DNA of 63,227 bases, the filler included, from Licmophora abbreviata (lineage: Eukaryota): assembly GCA_900291995.1 (NCBI GenBank). It is 10 parts of 10 records of this genome, joined end to end, with 100 filler letters (N's around TTAATTAATTAA, not from the genome) between each part and the next. Parts side by side here need not be neighbours in the genome. Positions count along the whole stretch, not along the records: positions 36,091 to 39,322 come from OLMU01002494.1; positions 39,423 to 41,407 come from OLMU01002496.1; positions 41,508 to 51,079 come from OLMU01002497.1; positions 51,180 to 53,584 come from OLMU01002499.1; 6 more parts are not named here. One strand, written 5' to 3'. The position numbers were made by a program, and so were the translations under genes. This document shows positions 39,045 through 51,699 of this stretch, in pieces. The notes beneath the pieces are model-generated. The model had not been told where the DNA came from, did not search any database, and was given only the letters and a program-made list of their open reading frames with translations. The stretch's first letter is position 1. Each line of letters begins with the position of its first letter.

Positions 39045-39322
39045 CATCCTTTCTAGAGGCGCCGATGGCTCTGATTTAGTAGAGTTTACCAGGTGAACGC
39101 GAAGCACAGCAACACGATCCGACTTGTGTACCTTGATTTCCATTTTGTTGACAATGTAACTGCGTACGAGCTTCTGTATGACGTGCTATACCGATTGTCG
39201 CGCGAAACACATTGTCGTTGATGATATCAGTACAGATTCGAGGGAAGGAAGGTCTGAAAACAGACTGAATTGCACCACTGAGTTTGCCGCTGCGGTGAAT
39301 GTCGTCGAGTTGCCAGCTCGAG

Positions 39323-39422
39323 NNNNNNNNNNNNNNNNNNNNNNNNNNNNNNNNNNNNNNNNNNNNTTAATTAATTAANNNNNNNNNNNNNNNNNNNNNN
39401 NNNNNNNNNNNNNNNNNNNNNN
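39323..39422. other. Artificial scaffold linker
   Basis: Same 100-nt linker. Confidence 0.98.
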
Positions 39423-39638
39423 GCATCATCATCGTCGAAACGCGAGGGCCGTCAGGCGTGTGTACGCCGCTCGGAGCGGTGATGTGAGCGCTCGGTTGCG
39501 GGTCGCTTTTGCTTCGTATTTATGACGGAATCGGAGGGATGCGAGATCAATAGACTATACGAAAGGCTACATCTACCCCCTCTCATGTACGGCAAGATGG
39601 AGGCAAAAGTCCTAGCCTACTGCTAGAGTAGCATTGTA

Positions 39639-40712
39639 CTATTTCTCGTCAATGTTTACCATCTTTCCAGTTGCTGGATCTCTGGCGTAAGTCCCCGACG
39701 GTGACGACCGCGAACTCCATGGTTTGATCTCCTTCTCCTCATCGGCGGATTGCTCCGAATCACCAACCACCTCTTGCGCAGTAGAAGCAGGTAAGTCATC
39801 ATTCCACATGTCAAACATATCGTCCAACAGGCATTCCGCTTCCTTGTCGCATTCACTGATGCTATCATCCTCGTCATCGTCCTCTTCGTACGCCAGGCTC
39901 ATGATGGTAGTCACACAATTTTCAATCTGTTTGTCGTTCGCACCGGGTGTCATGCATAGGTCCACCAAAGCAGTCTCGTGTTGATCCAGTACGTCGGTCC
40001 CTCTTGCGACTCGTAGAGACAAGGATTCTTCCTTGGGCCGTCCCGTCACCAAGGAGCGCCTGCGGCAAAATATTAGTATATAGAATGTGAGAGTGCACAC
40101 AAGAGTAACATACAAGACTCATTCTTAACACTCACACTTGGCCAATGCCCACTCCAATGACGGGTGAGAGTTCACCAAAGATGCCAGATACCGCGAGAAT
40201 GACATCACCGACTTGTACTCCGGCCTTTTCCGCGAATCCGCCCTCAGTAACCTAGTAGCAGCAGAGTGTAGAGGCATCATCATCATTGGGGTTAGTAAAA
40301 GAAGGAAGCACCAAATGCATTTCATTTCCCCTGTCTTCTCCCTTCCTACCTTGGAAACAAAGACAAGCTTGTCATCAGAATGAGCCAGTGACTCGTCGAC
40401 CGTGCATCCCAGAGGACGGTGTTCCTCCAAGTCAAAGACCAGAAACTCCGTGTCGTCGTTATCCGGGAATAAGAGTCGCAAGGTTTCCTTTTCGGACGTT
40501 TCCAGTGCAGTCTTGCCATCCGTATTGCTGTCCTCGCTGCTAATGACGTTGTGCAGTGCTGCATCGTCGTCGTTCGGAACCATTGGTCGTAGCAGTACTG
40601 AGAAAGCTGCATTTTGTTTTCTTCTTGTTGTTGTTCTTGTCAAAAATCCAAAACTACGGACCGGTGCGGTAAACGAACCAAGCAGCAAAACAGGAGAAAG
40701 CAAAAGTCTCAT
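39639..40712 (-). CDS. PDZ-like domain protein with plastid-type presequence (3 exons)
   Basis: RPLGCTVDES..VFVSK joined across an intron to a G-x-A-E-K-A-G-V-Q-V-G-D-V segment; signal peptide plus RS-F. Confidence 0.65.
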
Positions 40713-41254
40713 CCTTCTCTATCGTAGCGTTACGACCCCTTTTGCCTTTCTCTCTCTCCCTTTGTCACAGCAACACCTACACTTTGCTTGTTGCGTGGTT
40801 GTTGAGGCATGCATCCAGATGCCGAGAGAACACTGAACTTTTTCGCCGTTTTGAGTTTCTTCGTGGCGCGCGCAAAATAATTCGCAAAATGCCGCGCGGG
40901 GCGGTCAGGTCTCGAAAATGCGACTCACTTGACTCAAGACACATCACGACAACGACACACAAAACAAATCATGTTGTGATAGTCACCATGATGGTTATGA
41001 ATGAATCATCATTCGTACTGTCTTCCTGCGCCGTCGCTTCTTTGTTATCAGGATGCTGCCATAAACACATTTCAGTATCTAGGAAGTTGCTGTAGAACGA
41101 GATGATAGAGAAAAAGAGCGCCGACACAGTATTAGACCGCCGCAGTTATATGATGGTATTCTGTTCGCTGCGACCATGCAATGCATCCTTTGAACCGCAT
41201 AGTCTTTGAGGATCGTCGTCGTCGTCATCTATACTAACATCAACGTGCAGTTAA

Positions 41255-41797
41255 ATGGGTGGTGGTCATGCAGCGTGGCGAAAACGCGTCGCTGCGGGAC
41301 TTCCTGCCAAGGGTTCGGGAGGTGCGATCCTTCGCCATCGTCCGCGGTTGGGTCGAAAGGGCAAGGCTGAACGTCTCAAGAATCGCAAGGGTAACATTGG
41401 AGGGGGGNNNNNNNNNNNNNNNNNNNNNNNNNNNNNNNNNNNNNNNNNNNNTTAATTAATTAANNNNNNNNNNNNNNNNNNNNNNNNNNNNNNNNNNNNN
41501 NNNNNNNCGCGGTTGGGTCGAAAGGGCAAGGCTGAACGTCTCAAGAATCGCAAGGGTAACATTGGAGGGGGGAATCCGAAAAAGAAGAAGAAAAAGACAT
41601 GCATGGGTGTACAAGAGAATACTGGTGCAACAGTATGCGGCCCTCATAATGAGTCGACACGCCCTTTTGCAAGGTGGTGGACCATTCGCGGCATGTCGTG
41701 TTCAATTCATTCTTGCACCATAGTGGTAGTAGCAGTACTGTCAGTCTTGGGAGCAGCGTTATTGGCAAAGAGATTCTTCAGACCACACCTTTATTAA
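41255..41797 (+). CDS. Small Lys/Arg/Gly-rich hypothetical protein spanning a false gap
   Basis: The ORF is continuous once the 65-nt overlap around the linker is collapsed. Confidence 0.4.
41343..41572. repeat. 65-nt exact duplication flanking a linker (contig overlap)
   Basis: 41343-41407 is identical to 41508-41572. Confidence 0.95.
41408..41507. other. Artificial scaffold linker
   Basis: Same 100-nt linker. Confidence 0.98.
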
Positions 41798-41914
41798 ATT
41801 AAGGCGTGTCTTAAACTATAATTATGGTATATCAGGAATGGACTAAGATCGCAATAACGACGTGACTACTCACCATCCTCTAGGGTCGTGACTACTCACG
41901 CTCCAAACGCGCCG

Positions 41915-44360
41915 TCATAACAAGTAGCTCTTGTGGGATGACATGTCGCTGACCTCGGATCGCGCTGTAATGCCCTGCTCCAATGCGAGACTGCCATACA
42001 GACTTCCCTCCTGCTGGAGCAGTTCCTCGGGGTCACCCGACTCGACAATTCGTCCCTTCTCCAGCACCAAGACTCGGTTCACACCCAGAGATCGAACCAC
42101 ACCCAAACGATGAGTCACCATAATCATGCACTTTGTCGCCTTCATGGCTTCTTCTAACGCCTTGACTACCTTCTTTTCGCTTTGAGAATCCAACGCCGCC
42201 GTGGGCTCGTCCAGAAGTAACACCTCTGGTTTTCGAATCAAAGCTCTGGCAATCGTCGCTCGCTGGCGCTGTCCGCCCGACAAAGTACGACCGCCTTCAC
42301 CTACACGGGTATCTAGTTCGAGACCCAGATCGTTGTTCTCGCCGACGGGCAAGCCGGCGCGTTTCAAACTCGCGGCAACGGCGGTGCGAGAGCCCTCGCT
42401 GTAGCATGGCTTGCCGGTATCAGGACATGTTGCGTCCTTTGGATATCCGTACAATACGTTCTCCATCAGTGACATGGGAAATAGGTGAGGCTCTTGCTCG
42501 ACGACTGTCACTTTTGATGCGAGTTCTCGCCGCGTTATGTCCTTCAGATCTCTGCCGTACAACGAGCACGAACCAGACGATGGATCATAAAAACGAAGCA
42601 TGGTGCGAAGCATGGATGACTTTCCGGACCCACTCCGACCTACAATTGCAATGCGATCCCCCTCGTACACATTCAGATTGACTTCCTTGAGTGCAGGAGC
42701 ATCCATGGCGTTGTACATGACCGTCATGTTGGACATGGTGATGATGGGAGTTCCATTCACGTCAGCAGCCGACTCATCGATCGGAGGGGCGGGAATCGTA
42801 GGATCCCGAACCGTCGGAATGCGTCGCACCAAATCAAATACATTTGTCGACGCTCCAATGGCACTTTGAATCTTGGCCCATTGATCCCCGACCTCATTCG
42901 ACGACTCCAGTACAAAGTTGGTGTAGAACATAAAGGTCGTCAGTTTGGATGCCGAGAGACCACCAGCACGGCCAACAGACCAGCATGCAAACAAGAGCGC
43001 GACCTGCAACGCCGTCTGTAGCCCATCACTGATAAACTTGTGACTCCCATACGCCCATGCCTGTATCTCTTCCAGCCGAAGCGCCTTGCCCTGGGCTCCC
43101 TCGTATTTGCGATACTCCTCCGATTCCACTCCATCAAAGGCTCTGACAGTCTCGCTCATGGAAAAGGACGTTTCTGCCACCGCCGTCGCATCGGCAAACG
43201 TGTTCTGAACACGTTGCGCCAAGTCTCTTGCGAATGTACCATAGATCTGGGCCACCACCGCCACCAAGAAGATCCCCGCAAAGGCCCACATGGACAACCG
43301 CGGCGATATTCTCACGAGATAGACGCTCCCAAACATGAACTGGGCAAACTGGCGCAGAACAACATTGACATGAAAGGAAATTACTTGACCAATTTTGTTG
43401 ACATCATTGTTCAGACGCGACAAGAGGTATCCAGTTTCGTTGGAATCAAAGAACGCGGCTTCCTGCAATAAGAGATTGCGATGAAGCTTGACTCGGACGT
43501 TGTAATTTGCACGGGAACCTGCACAGTGAATGTGATTATGGGTTCTATATGAGGTACATTGTTCGCACTTGGCACACACACACAAGTCACACAAGCGTTC
43601 TTTAGAAGCCTATCTCACCTGCAATCCAAAACAAACTACCGCGCGCTCCTGCAAACAATGCAGCCAGAGTACTCGAGACTGCCAATCCGGTCAAAGCTTG
43701 AACCACACGTAGTCTCGAGGGTTCCATCGTAGCGACGCAGGTAATGCAATCGCTGTAAAAGTGTGGAGTGATGCTGGTCAGAAGTGCACTTAGAATCAAG
43801 AAAAGAAAGGAAGGCACAACAATCGGAGCCTTGTAGCCAGCCAGTTGTACAATGTTCCGTCGTTGCTGATTCAATATTTGGAGGGACTCCATGAACGAGC
43901 CCTTGGGGGTACCGTTATCCTCATTGTGGACTTTGGCATTTCGTCGCTTCCAAAATTTGAGTCCTGTTGTTCTCTGTTTCTGTCGTCTCAGTTCCAGCTT
44001 TTCCTTTCGATTCTCTCGAAACCGCGTAGCAACAAAGCGGGCATAGTATCTCATACTGTGGGAGAGTGACACAGTCTTGGGTTCAATGCCACGAATGTAA
44101 AAGGATTCGTCGTCTGGCGTTATTGTGGATTGAGAGACCTGTTGCTGCTCGACAGGACGAGCTCCATTGACAGAGGATGCACCGTTGGTTGCTTCTTGCT
44201 GTACTATAGTTGGCGTTCGTGTGCGGAGACGCATCTGCCGGAGCGCCGCCAGTGGTAAGGACGAAGAGGTTGTTGGGAATGCCGATACACAGTCAGGCCG
44301 AATTATCAAAGATAGAAGAGCTACTAGCAGGACAACCAAAAGGTTGATCACCAGTGACAT
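41915..44360 (-). CDS. ABCB (TAP/MDL-like) half transporter, plastid-type presequence; intron 43519-43618
   Basis: TMD with [14 protein letters not shown]; Walker [17 protein letters not shown] signature, [16 protein letters not shown] motif. Confidence 0.93.
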
Positions 44361-44882
44361 CCTGCATCTTCCTATAGAGATAAAAGTCCCGCGTGGGCAC
44401 CCTGATGGCTCCATCGGCATGATGTGGTTTTGTGTATAGTAAATTGTGGGGTTTGGAGAATAGACGAAGAACTATCGGATTGGGATCCCTAGCGAATCAC
44501 TTCCAATGAGAGCACCAGCGTTAGTCTCGATAGCACGGATGCAGATGTCTAGACCTAGCAGCCCCCGTCGAAGAAACCACCAACGGCGGTGCCTTTCGTC
44601 GTCGAAAGTCGGCATGAACAAAAAGGCGGTTCACTGTACGTAAAAAGAGATGAGCCGAGGGGAAAACTGGTGGCTGAGATGTTTGATGCGCACGCGAAAG
44701 AAACGAACTTCGCGCGCGGTGATTGGATTCCGAGGTCCAAGCTCTAGTATGTCCGGTCATTCCAAATTCCAACGGCCGCTCGCGACGACCATGACGAGGA
44801 CGACGAGAGACTGCTGATCCCAAGAGCGCCGTCGACTCGACATGCTCTACAGACCTCGACTCCTTCGCATTGCTTTTATATA

Positions 44883-47374
44883 ATGGTGGCACTCTCGAGA
44901 CCGTCAGGTTCTTCGTCTTCACCGCTGCGGCGACGAAAACCCGTTGCTGTTCCGCATCGCGTGACGCAATGTGCCATCCTGTCCTTCATGGCCATGGTCT
45001 TTGGCTCCTACCTCGTCTTCATGGTGACTCTGACGCTCAACTACTCCACGGGAATCAACGAAAACGAAGAAGGATCCCGAATAGCGTCCTTGCGACAACA
45101 CTCGAAGAATGATATCCTATCTCAACAGAAGTCTGGGGAGACAAAGACTAGAGTCATCGTCACAGAACCTGAATCGACGACGAACATCGACTCGACGCTG
45201 CGAGCTTATCTGGAACCGATCCATCAAGAAGATTGGAAGATCAAGCCACTTCCTCAGCGTACAAGTACAGCGACTGATCTTCGTGTCGTGGAATACCCGA
45301 ATGTACGCCACTGTTCGAAACTCATGGAGGAGTTTCCGATTGACACCTTTCCGGACCAAGACCCTTACTTGCCGTGGATTCACGACGTCTTTCCGACTCA
45401 TGATGGCACGTTCATTCAGTTTGTGGCGCAAAACAAACGCCGATGTCATACAGGGACGACAGAATCCGAAAAGGCGACACTAAGACACATGCAACCACAA
45501 GCAGCGTTGTTCCAACACGTTCCTGTCAAGCGTATCATTCCTAGTGATGGTGGCGAGGGAGCAGAACAGCGGTACCGACTGTCGTCGCACACTGAGGCGG
45601 ATCCGGATGGGATGGATACGAGATTCATTTGTCGCTTCAAGCCCAGTATGCAAGAAACGCTCTCCGTTTTCAATGTCCACTACGAGTATGCCGCGTGGCG
45701 GAAGGGACAGAAGAGTATGTTTACGGAGGAGGGTCGTGACAACAAGAGCATTCATACCTCTCAGTTGCTCTTTCAGTGTCCTGTTCCTGAAAACTTGGTG
45801 GAAACGGTACGGACTGGCGCGTCGGTTTGGAAGGATCGCGCGTCTCTCTTTGTCGACATCATTCCGATTCGCACGCCACCGCGCTATGGGAGAGCCAACG
45901 CATTTTTTCCACCACACTATCGAGAAGAGCAGAGCAAGCAGGAACACTTTGACGCAGATGCCGAATGGGGACAAAATCATATCCTTCCTCGTATTGAAGA
46001 TTCAGGACGATGGGAGAATATTCCAATCTGCAAACCGACGCTTATGACATACGGTCGTGATGCCACGACGAGCAATACAGTTGTAGAGTACAAGGAACCG
46101 GAAAAGAAGCATCGTTTGGCGTCGTGTATTTGGGCCAGTGCAGGGTACAAGACGAGAGGGGAACGATTTGCCATCAATGACGGGCAGCGACGACTGCAAG
46201 AGTGGATTCACTTTAATCGACTTGTCGGAGTGGAGCATTTTTATGTATACGACAACACGGGCGCCCATACGGACGAGACCTCTTTGAAGCCCATCACAGA
46301 TATGTACCCGGATCAAGTCACTCGAGTCGTATGGCCCTCCAAGGTGTGCAACAATAACCCGAATAATGTGGATAGCTGTGGGGAGCGATCCTCACAGTAT
46401 GCAGCCGAGTCGTCTTGTCGACTGCGATTCGGGCCGTACATGGATTGGATGGCAGCATTCGACATTGACGAATATTTGGCGCCAATGGGCGAATACAACA
46501 GCTTGCTGCCCTTGATTGACAAGCTCGACAAGGAGGATACGAAAATGATCATGTTTAGCTCATGGCGTGCGTGGCCTCGAAAATCGTTGATCGCGTAAGT
46601 CGTATCTCATAGGACGTCGTGCAAAACGTGGTGATGCGCGTAGGACTCGCATTATTTGTGAATCGTAAGCTCACACAAGTCTTTCTTCTGCACAAAACGC
46701 AGGCCCCCTGTCGAAATGCAAGGCAAGGAGCTCTGTGGAAGAGGGGCGGGAGATAGAAAATGCTTTAGCCTCAGTGTCCCCACAAACCAAACAGTCCTTC
46801 AGACTTACAACTGCGATCGTCAGTTTGGAATCACTGGACCGAAGAAGCAAATGCCAGCGGAGAAACAGGTAGGTGCCGTCGCTCGTTCGCAATTCTCTTG
46901 GACGAATGAGCTTTCATCTTCTCACCTGAACTATCGCGTTGGCGGTTTATCATTCGTTATTAGCTGTACAGGCCAGACTACGTCAAACTACACTTTGTTC
47001 ATTATTCGACGATTACAGAGCTATCGGCCATGACACAACAAGAGGTGAAAGATTCTGGCAACAAATGGCGGTACCCGTATGGTCAAGATGCCAAGGGACG
47101 TTTCGCTATTGAAAAGGAAGAAGCAACCATGCTTCACACCAAGGCCGTCGCGACTCAAGATACCGTCGGATGGAAAGCAACATGCACGAACCAGACCAAA
47201 GGTACGTGTCGTATCGGGAATCCCTATCCTTCTGGCTCGTACGAAAGTGGCAACCACATGGGCGAAGACGGCTGGGTTTACAATTGCTGGGTCAATCCCA
47301 AGGTAGAAGACTACTGGGTGCCGCGACTAGAAGAGTCATTGAAGGGCGCCGTCATGCCATGGATGAGTTCATAA
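44883..47374 (+). CDS. GT92-like glycosyltransferase, paralog 2 (2 introns)
   Basis: LQEWIHFNRLVGVEHFYVYDN, SSQYAAESSC, FDIDEYL; collinear with paralog 1. Confidence 0.85.
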
Positions 47375-47398
47375 TGGAGGTGGGCAACCACTAATCTT

Positions 47399-48670
47399 CT
47401 ATGGAGCAGCTTTCTTTGGAGCAGCATCGCTTCTACTTTTTCGCACAAAGTCGTAGCAGGAACCCTTAAAGTCGCGGTAAAACTGAATCTTTGCGACGGT
47501 GGTGGGGCTGGCCATGGGCGCGACCACGTTCCAAAGGGCCGATAGGATTCTGGGCGGCCGCAAAAAACATATTCTTCTTGAGGTCTGCGGATAGTTGCTC
47601 TGGGTGAGAGTAATCCACGGTTTGATAACCGAAGAAAGGAAACTAGGATTGAACTGGTTCATGTTCATGTCGTAGAGGTCAGCAATAACGTCCACGTACA
47701 ACATTCGTCTCGTCTCCATGGATTCCAAATAGAGCTTTCGATGGAGGGATTCGAAGATGTAAGTCCAGTACTGCAGAAAGTCACGCACAGTCAACTCCTT
47801 CCTCTGAATGGCACTCGTGATGCCTCTGGCATCCCAGACCCCGACATTCATAATCACGGAGAGAGTCTCTGGATGTGCATCATCAGTGTCATGCTCCGTG
47901 AGATCAAAGTCGCTTGGGAACAAATCGCCAACCATACTCAAATGATGCGGGGGAGAAAATGGATGCTCCTCCACTCGTCTCCGAATTTCGTCCACATGGA
48001 ATTCTTCCCGCCACCGAAGAAAGTTGCGATAGCGTTGGGCGGCGGATGCCGCGTTCTGCACTTTGTCTTTTCGAAGATATCGTAAGAGTCGAAAGTCACC
48101 ATAAACATCCGGAAATGCCTCGACGGGCGTCGCGTAGTGCCCAGACTCCATTCGAATGGTCTGGGAGGCTAAAGAGTCGAACTCGCTCTTGAGCAGGGCC
48201 TTCATCGAGGCCAATTGTTTCAGTTCCTCGGAACTGTCGCAGGCCCACGGCGGAATCGACAAATCCTCCAAAGCTCCCTTCTGAACCAACTCGTCTACCA
48301 GACGAGTATTTCTGTTGGTAGCAGATCTATATCTTCCCAAGCGCCTCGATCCGTGTTGGAGTAGAGTCTTGGCTTGCTTTCTTCGCTTTCGAATAGACTT
48401 TCGGATCGATCGAGGCCTCGAAAACATACGAACGACCCCCGCGGGCTCACTGGCAACAGCACGTCGTGAGACCTGCAATGCCATGGCATCGGTAGAGCTC
48501 ATAGTGGGACGAGAACTTCCAGAGGATCGTTTTGTTGGAGGGGACAGGCCAAGCGCCCAGGATGCCTGACAGATACACAGACTCTCGAGTGTCAGAACAA
48601 GCAACAGAAGTGGTATCCAAGGTCGACGCCAAGGGGACGGCGCGGGTCTCATCGTTTGATCGAGAAACAT
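47399..48670 (-). CDS. CRAL-TRIO/Sec14-like lipid-binding protein
   Basis: DFRLLRYLR..FLRWRE, QSNYPQ..RICFL..P...LWNVVAP..SP.TVAKI; N-terminal signal. Confidence 0.8.
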   Translation of the reverse strand: MFLDQTMRPAPSPWRRPWIPLLLLVLTLESLCICQASWALGLSPPTKRSSGSSRPTMSSTDAMALQVSRRAVASEPAGVVRMFSRPRSIRKSIRKRRKQAKTLLQHGSRRLGRYRSATNRNTRLVDELVQKGALEDLSIPPWACDSSEELKQLASMKALLKSEFDSLASQTIRMESGHYATPVEAFPDVYGDFRLLRYLRKDKVQNAASAAQRYRNFLRWREEFHVDEIRRRVEEHPFSPPHHLSMVGDLFPSDFDLTEHDTDDAHPETLSVIMNVGVWDARGITSAIQRKELTVRDFLQYWTYIFESLHRKLYLESMETRRMLYVDVIADLYDMNMNQFNPSFLSSVIKPWITLTQSNYPQTSRRICFLRPPRILSALWNVVAPMASPTTVAKIQFYRDFKGSCYDFVRKSRSDAAPKKAAP

Positions 48671-49122
48671 GGTCCGTTCTCAATCATCTCCTGGTCGTCT
48701 CGCTGTCTCTTTGCCTTTTCCATGGAAACGGGCCTACTTCATGAACTGTAGGCTCCTTATGGACAAGCGACACAAGCTTGAGAGGTGTGTGTTTGTGATG
48801 GTGTTTGGTGTCACCGCATCCGCGTCTCGTCGCAGTGTGGTATCATAGTGTCGTCGCAGATGACGTCACATCTCATGCGATACCACGTTAAGCCAACGTG
48901 TGTTGGTGGTGGCTATGAATAGCTTTACCAGCTACATATAATATCTAAGAGGTCATCCGCGTAACAAGTGGCAGAGTAGAGAAAGCTCTAGAGTGATATA
49001 CAACCGTGAGGTATCGAGAGCCTGCCGACGTGGATGTGGTGATCGCCAGCAGCATAACTCTCACGAAGGACTTGAAATCGATAGACATGGACACACATGT
49101 GTTATACTGCGGAGTATTGACA

Positions 49123-50006
49123 TCAGATTGACCCATAGTCCGTGACACCTCCTACACTGTTGAGCCCAGACTCCTCCTTCTTTTCGTCTTCACCAGCTTG
49201 CGGCTCCCGCAATGGGCTCACCATCAGATCCATCATTTTGGCGTCGTCGCTTCTCTTCTCCGACGAGCGTCCTTTCCTCGTCGTCACAATTTCTACAGGG
49301 GGTTTCGAACACGACTGTGTCGTTCCATATTGCTTCTGTTTACCGATAGATCGAGGAGCAGAGGGACTCTGAATTCCTTTGCTGCTCGAGTCTGGCGATG
49401 TCCGGATCCTCCCGCGCCAATCCATATTTGGCTTGAAGGTGCAACGCTTCAGCCCTTCGCGTTCCCGGCGGCGGTGTCGTGCCTTTTCTTCTTCCTGTTG
49501 TATGTCACAATAGAAGTGTATGTTAGAAGACTTCACCGGACATACACATATACTGCAAACACACACTCATGCATCTTGGACTGCCTCGCCTTGTCCGTGT
49601 GTTTTCGATTCTGATTTCGACGAATCGCATCTTGATACAACACATCAAATCGACTGGGGGAGCTCTTGCTACTACTGCTCATGCTTGTCGGTGACTTCTT
49701 CTCTGGCGTGCGGTGAGTCGAGTTTGACGTTTTGGGCGTCGTCTTGAGGGCATTGCTGTAGAGTCTTTCAAAGACAGTAGTGCTGTTACCGGGACTGTTC
49801 CCGCTGCCCGTGGATTTGTTGGTTTCAGGAGTAAACGTATATGGCTCCAGCAGTTCCCTCTCCGTTTGTCGAATCCGTTCCTCCTTTAGAGCTCGTTGCA
49901 TCTTGGACCGCTCGTAGATGCTATTCTTCTCATTGCGCATGGCCGACGGCGGTGTCGACTTGGATCGCATAGTCTTTTCCTTCCGCGGAGACAAAGACGA
50001 CGACAT
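49123..50006 (-). CDS. Hypothetical basic low-complexity protein (intron ~49499-49569)
   Basis: YTFTP/CTFKP and FERLY/FDVLY repeated motifs across two exons. Confidence 0.6.
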
Positions 50007-51079
50007 GACTAAGCAAAACGACGGCACAGGTTCGACAAGAGCAGCATTATGAGATGAAAGGATAGGTCTGACTCGCAGTGGAGACTAGTTTTGAGCATGG
50101 GACAAGAAGCGCGTCCGTTGAGCGAGTGTCTTCAATGTAGAAACATGTATTTTTGTGAGGATTTCGTGTGGATATCGTCCATGCAACCATGAGCTTTCCA
50201 ACGGCTCGGGCGTATAACTTATTCCGTAGAAATACCTAAGCAACGCCTTGCATGATCCAATGATCGAATCAAATACATAACAAAAATACAACTCACCGAC
50301 ATCAGGCGACCGACGCAACGGAGTAGATTTCGTGGATGAACATGGCCTCCTCGCTCTCGCCGTCGCGGAGCGACGAGATTCCAACGTCTGGGTCATCAGA
50401 AAGAATGAAGCGCGGTTGACTGTGTCTGACTTATTGCGTCGTTCTGCATTGCTGCCTCTGGGCCATGTCGTAGAACACTTCCTCGGTGATCACCGTTCCC
50501 GCGGGCGTCGCGGTGTTCTGTGAAGATGGAAATCAGTAGGGGCGACATGACTGTGGCGCCAGCAAGAGCAATGCATAATCAGACTCCCTTGGTCAAAATT
50601 AAATCCTGGCACGACTCGTCATACAGGATCATGGAGTTCTAAAACGAAGACGCCTGAGGTGCGGCGGAACATGTTAAACCCACAGATATGCTGCTGCGGC
50701 AAGATGACGTGAGACGAGAGCCACGAGATGAAATTGCAAATGTCAGTGATCTCTAGGTGATTCCAAACAAATGACATCTCTCAAATAGCTTATCTACCGG
50801 AGACTAAGCTGGGTAAGTTGGGAGAAACCCGCCGTCTTCGATCCAGTACAAGTACAAACCGCATCATGGTAGTCATGCTGATTTCTGAAAAATCCAGATT
50901 ACGGTCGACGGCAGGACAGGACCAAACTATATGCCGCTGGACACTTTTGAACTTATGGAAAATGACTCTTGTCGTAGCTTTTGTCGCACCTTTCGGGGAC
51001 ATCATCCACCATGGCGATTGGTGCGATCAAGATTATTTGTCGCCATCGCCCGTGTCATACGTGCCATCACCAGTTATTC

Positions 51080-51179
51080 NNNNNNNNNNNNNNNNNNNNN
51101 NNNNNNNNNNNNNNNNNNNNNNNTTAATTAATTAANNNNNNNNNNNNNNNNNNNNNNNNNNNNNNNNNNNNNNNNNNNN
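51080..51179. other. Artificial scaffold linker
   Basis: Same 100-nt linker. Confidence 0.98.
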
Positions 51180-51699
51180 CTTTTTGGCGCCAAGCACCAT
51201 CATCATGGTGGTCGTCGTGCCGGCGACGATGATGAGCATCGCGTCCGTATTCGTCTCGCTCTCCCATTATTTCCTTCTTTCCGGAGATCTGATTTCTACT
51301 CTAATTGCTCGTCTCTGTACACTCACAGAGTGGCTCGAGTGTGAGTATTAGACTTACACAGGGTTGTAGACTCCTGTAACGCAAACACCACGACCGACAA
51401 GGCGACACAACAATGAGACGACTCTGGAAGGTTTTTCCCATGGGTGGCTGTGATGCGTCGCGCCGGATGAAGGCAGGACGTACGTAATCAAAAGAACGTA
51501 ACACTCTCGACTCGACTTTTGACGCAGGCCCCATCACTCTATTCACTTTCGAGTTGGCTACGGAGGCTATGCTTTGCATTGCGATGACCTGGGGTAAGTC
51601 GAAACGCGAATGCTGTAGTTTGATGAATGCCTCATGAGCATTACCGTAGGTTGCCGTGCGAGAAACTCCTCGTTCTATGTATTGAATATTCTTTCTAAC

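Noticed and set aside
50085..51660. Short ORFs and a weak possible hairpin (~51550-51670)
   Set aside because: No protein motifs, and the pairing is too short to support an ncRNA or SECIS; no in-frame TGA gene nearby.
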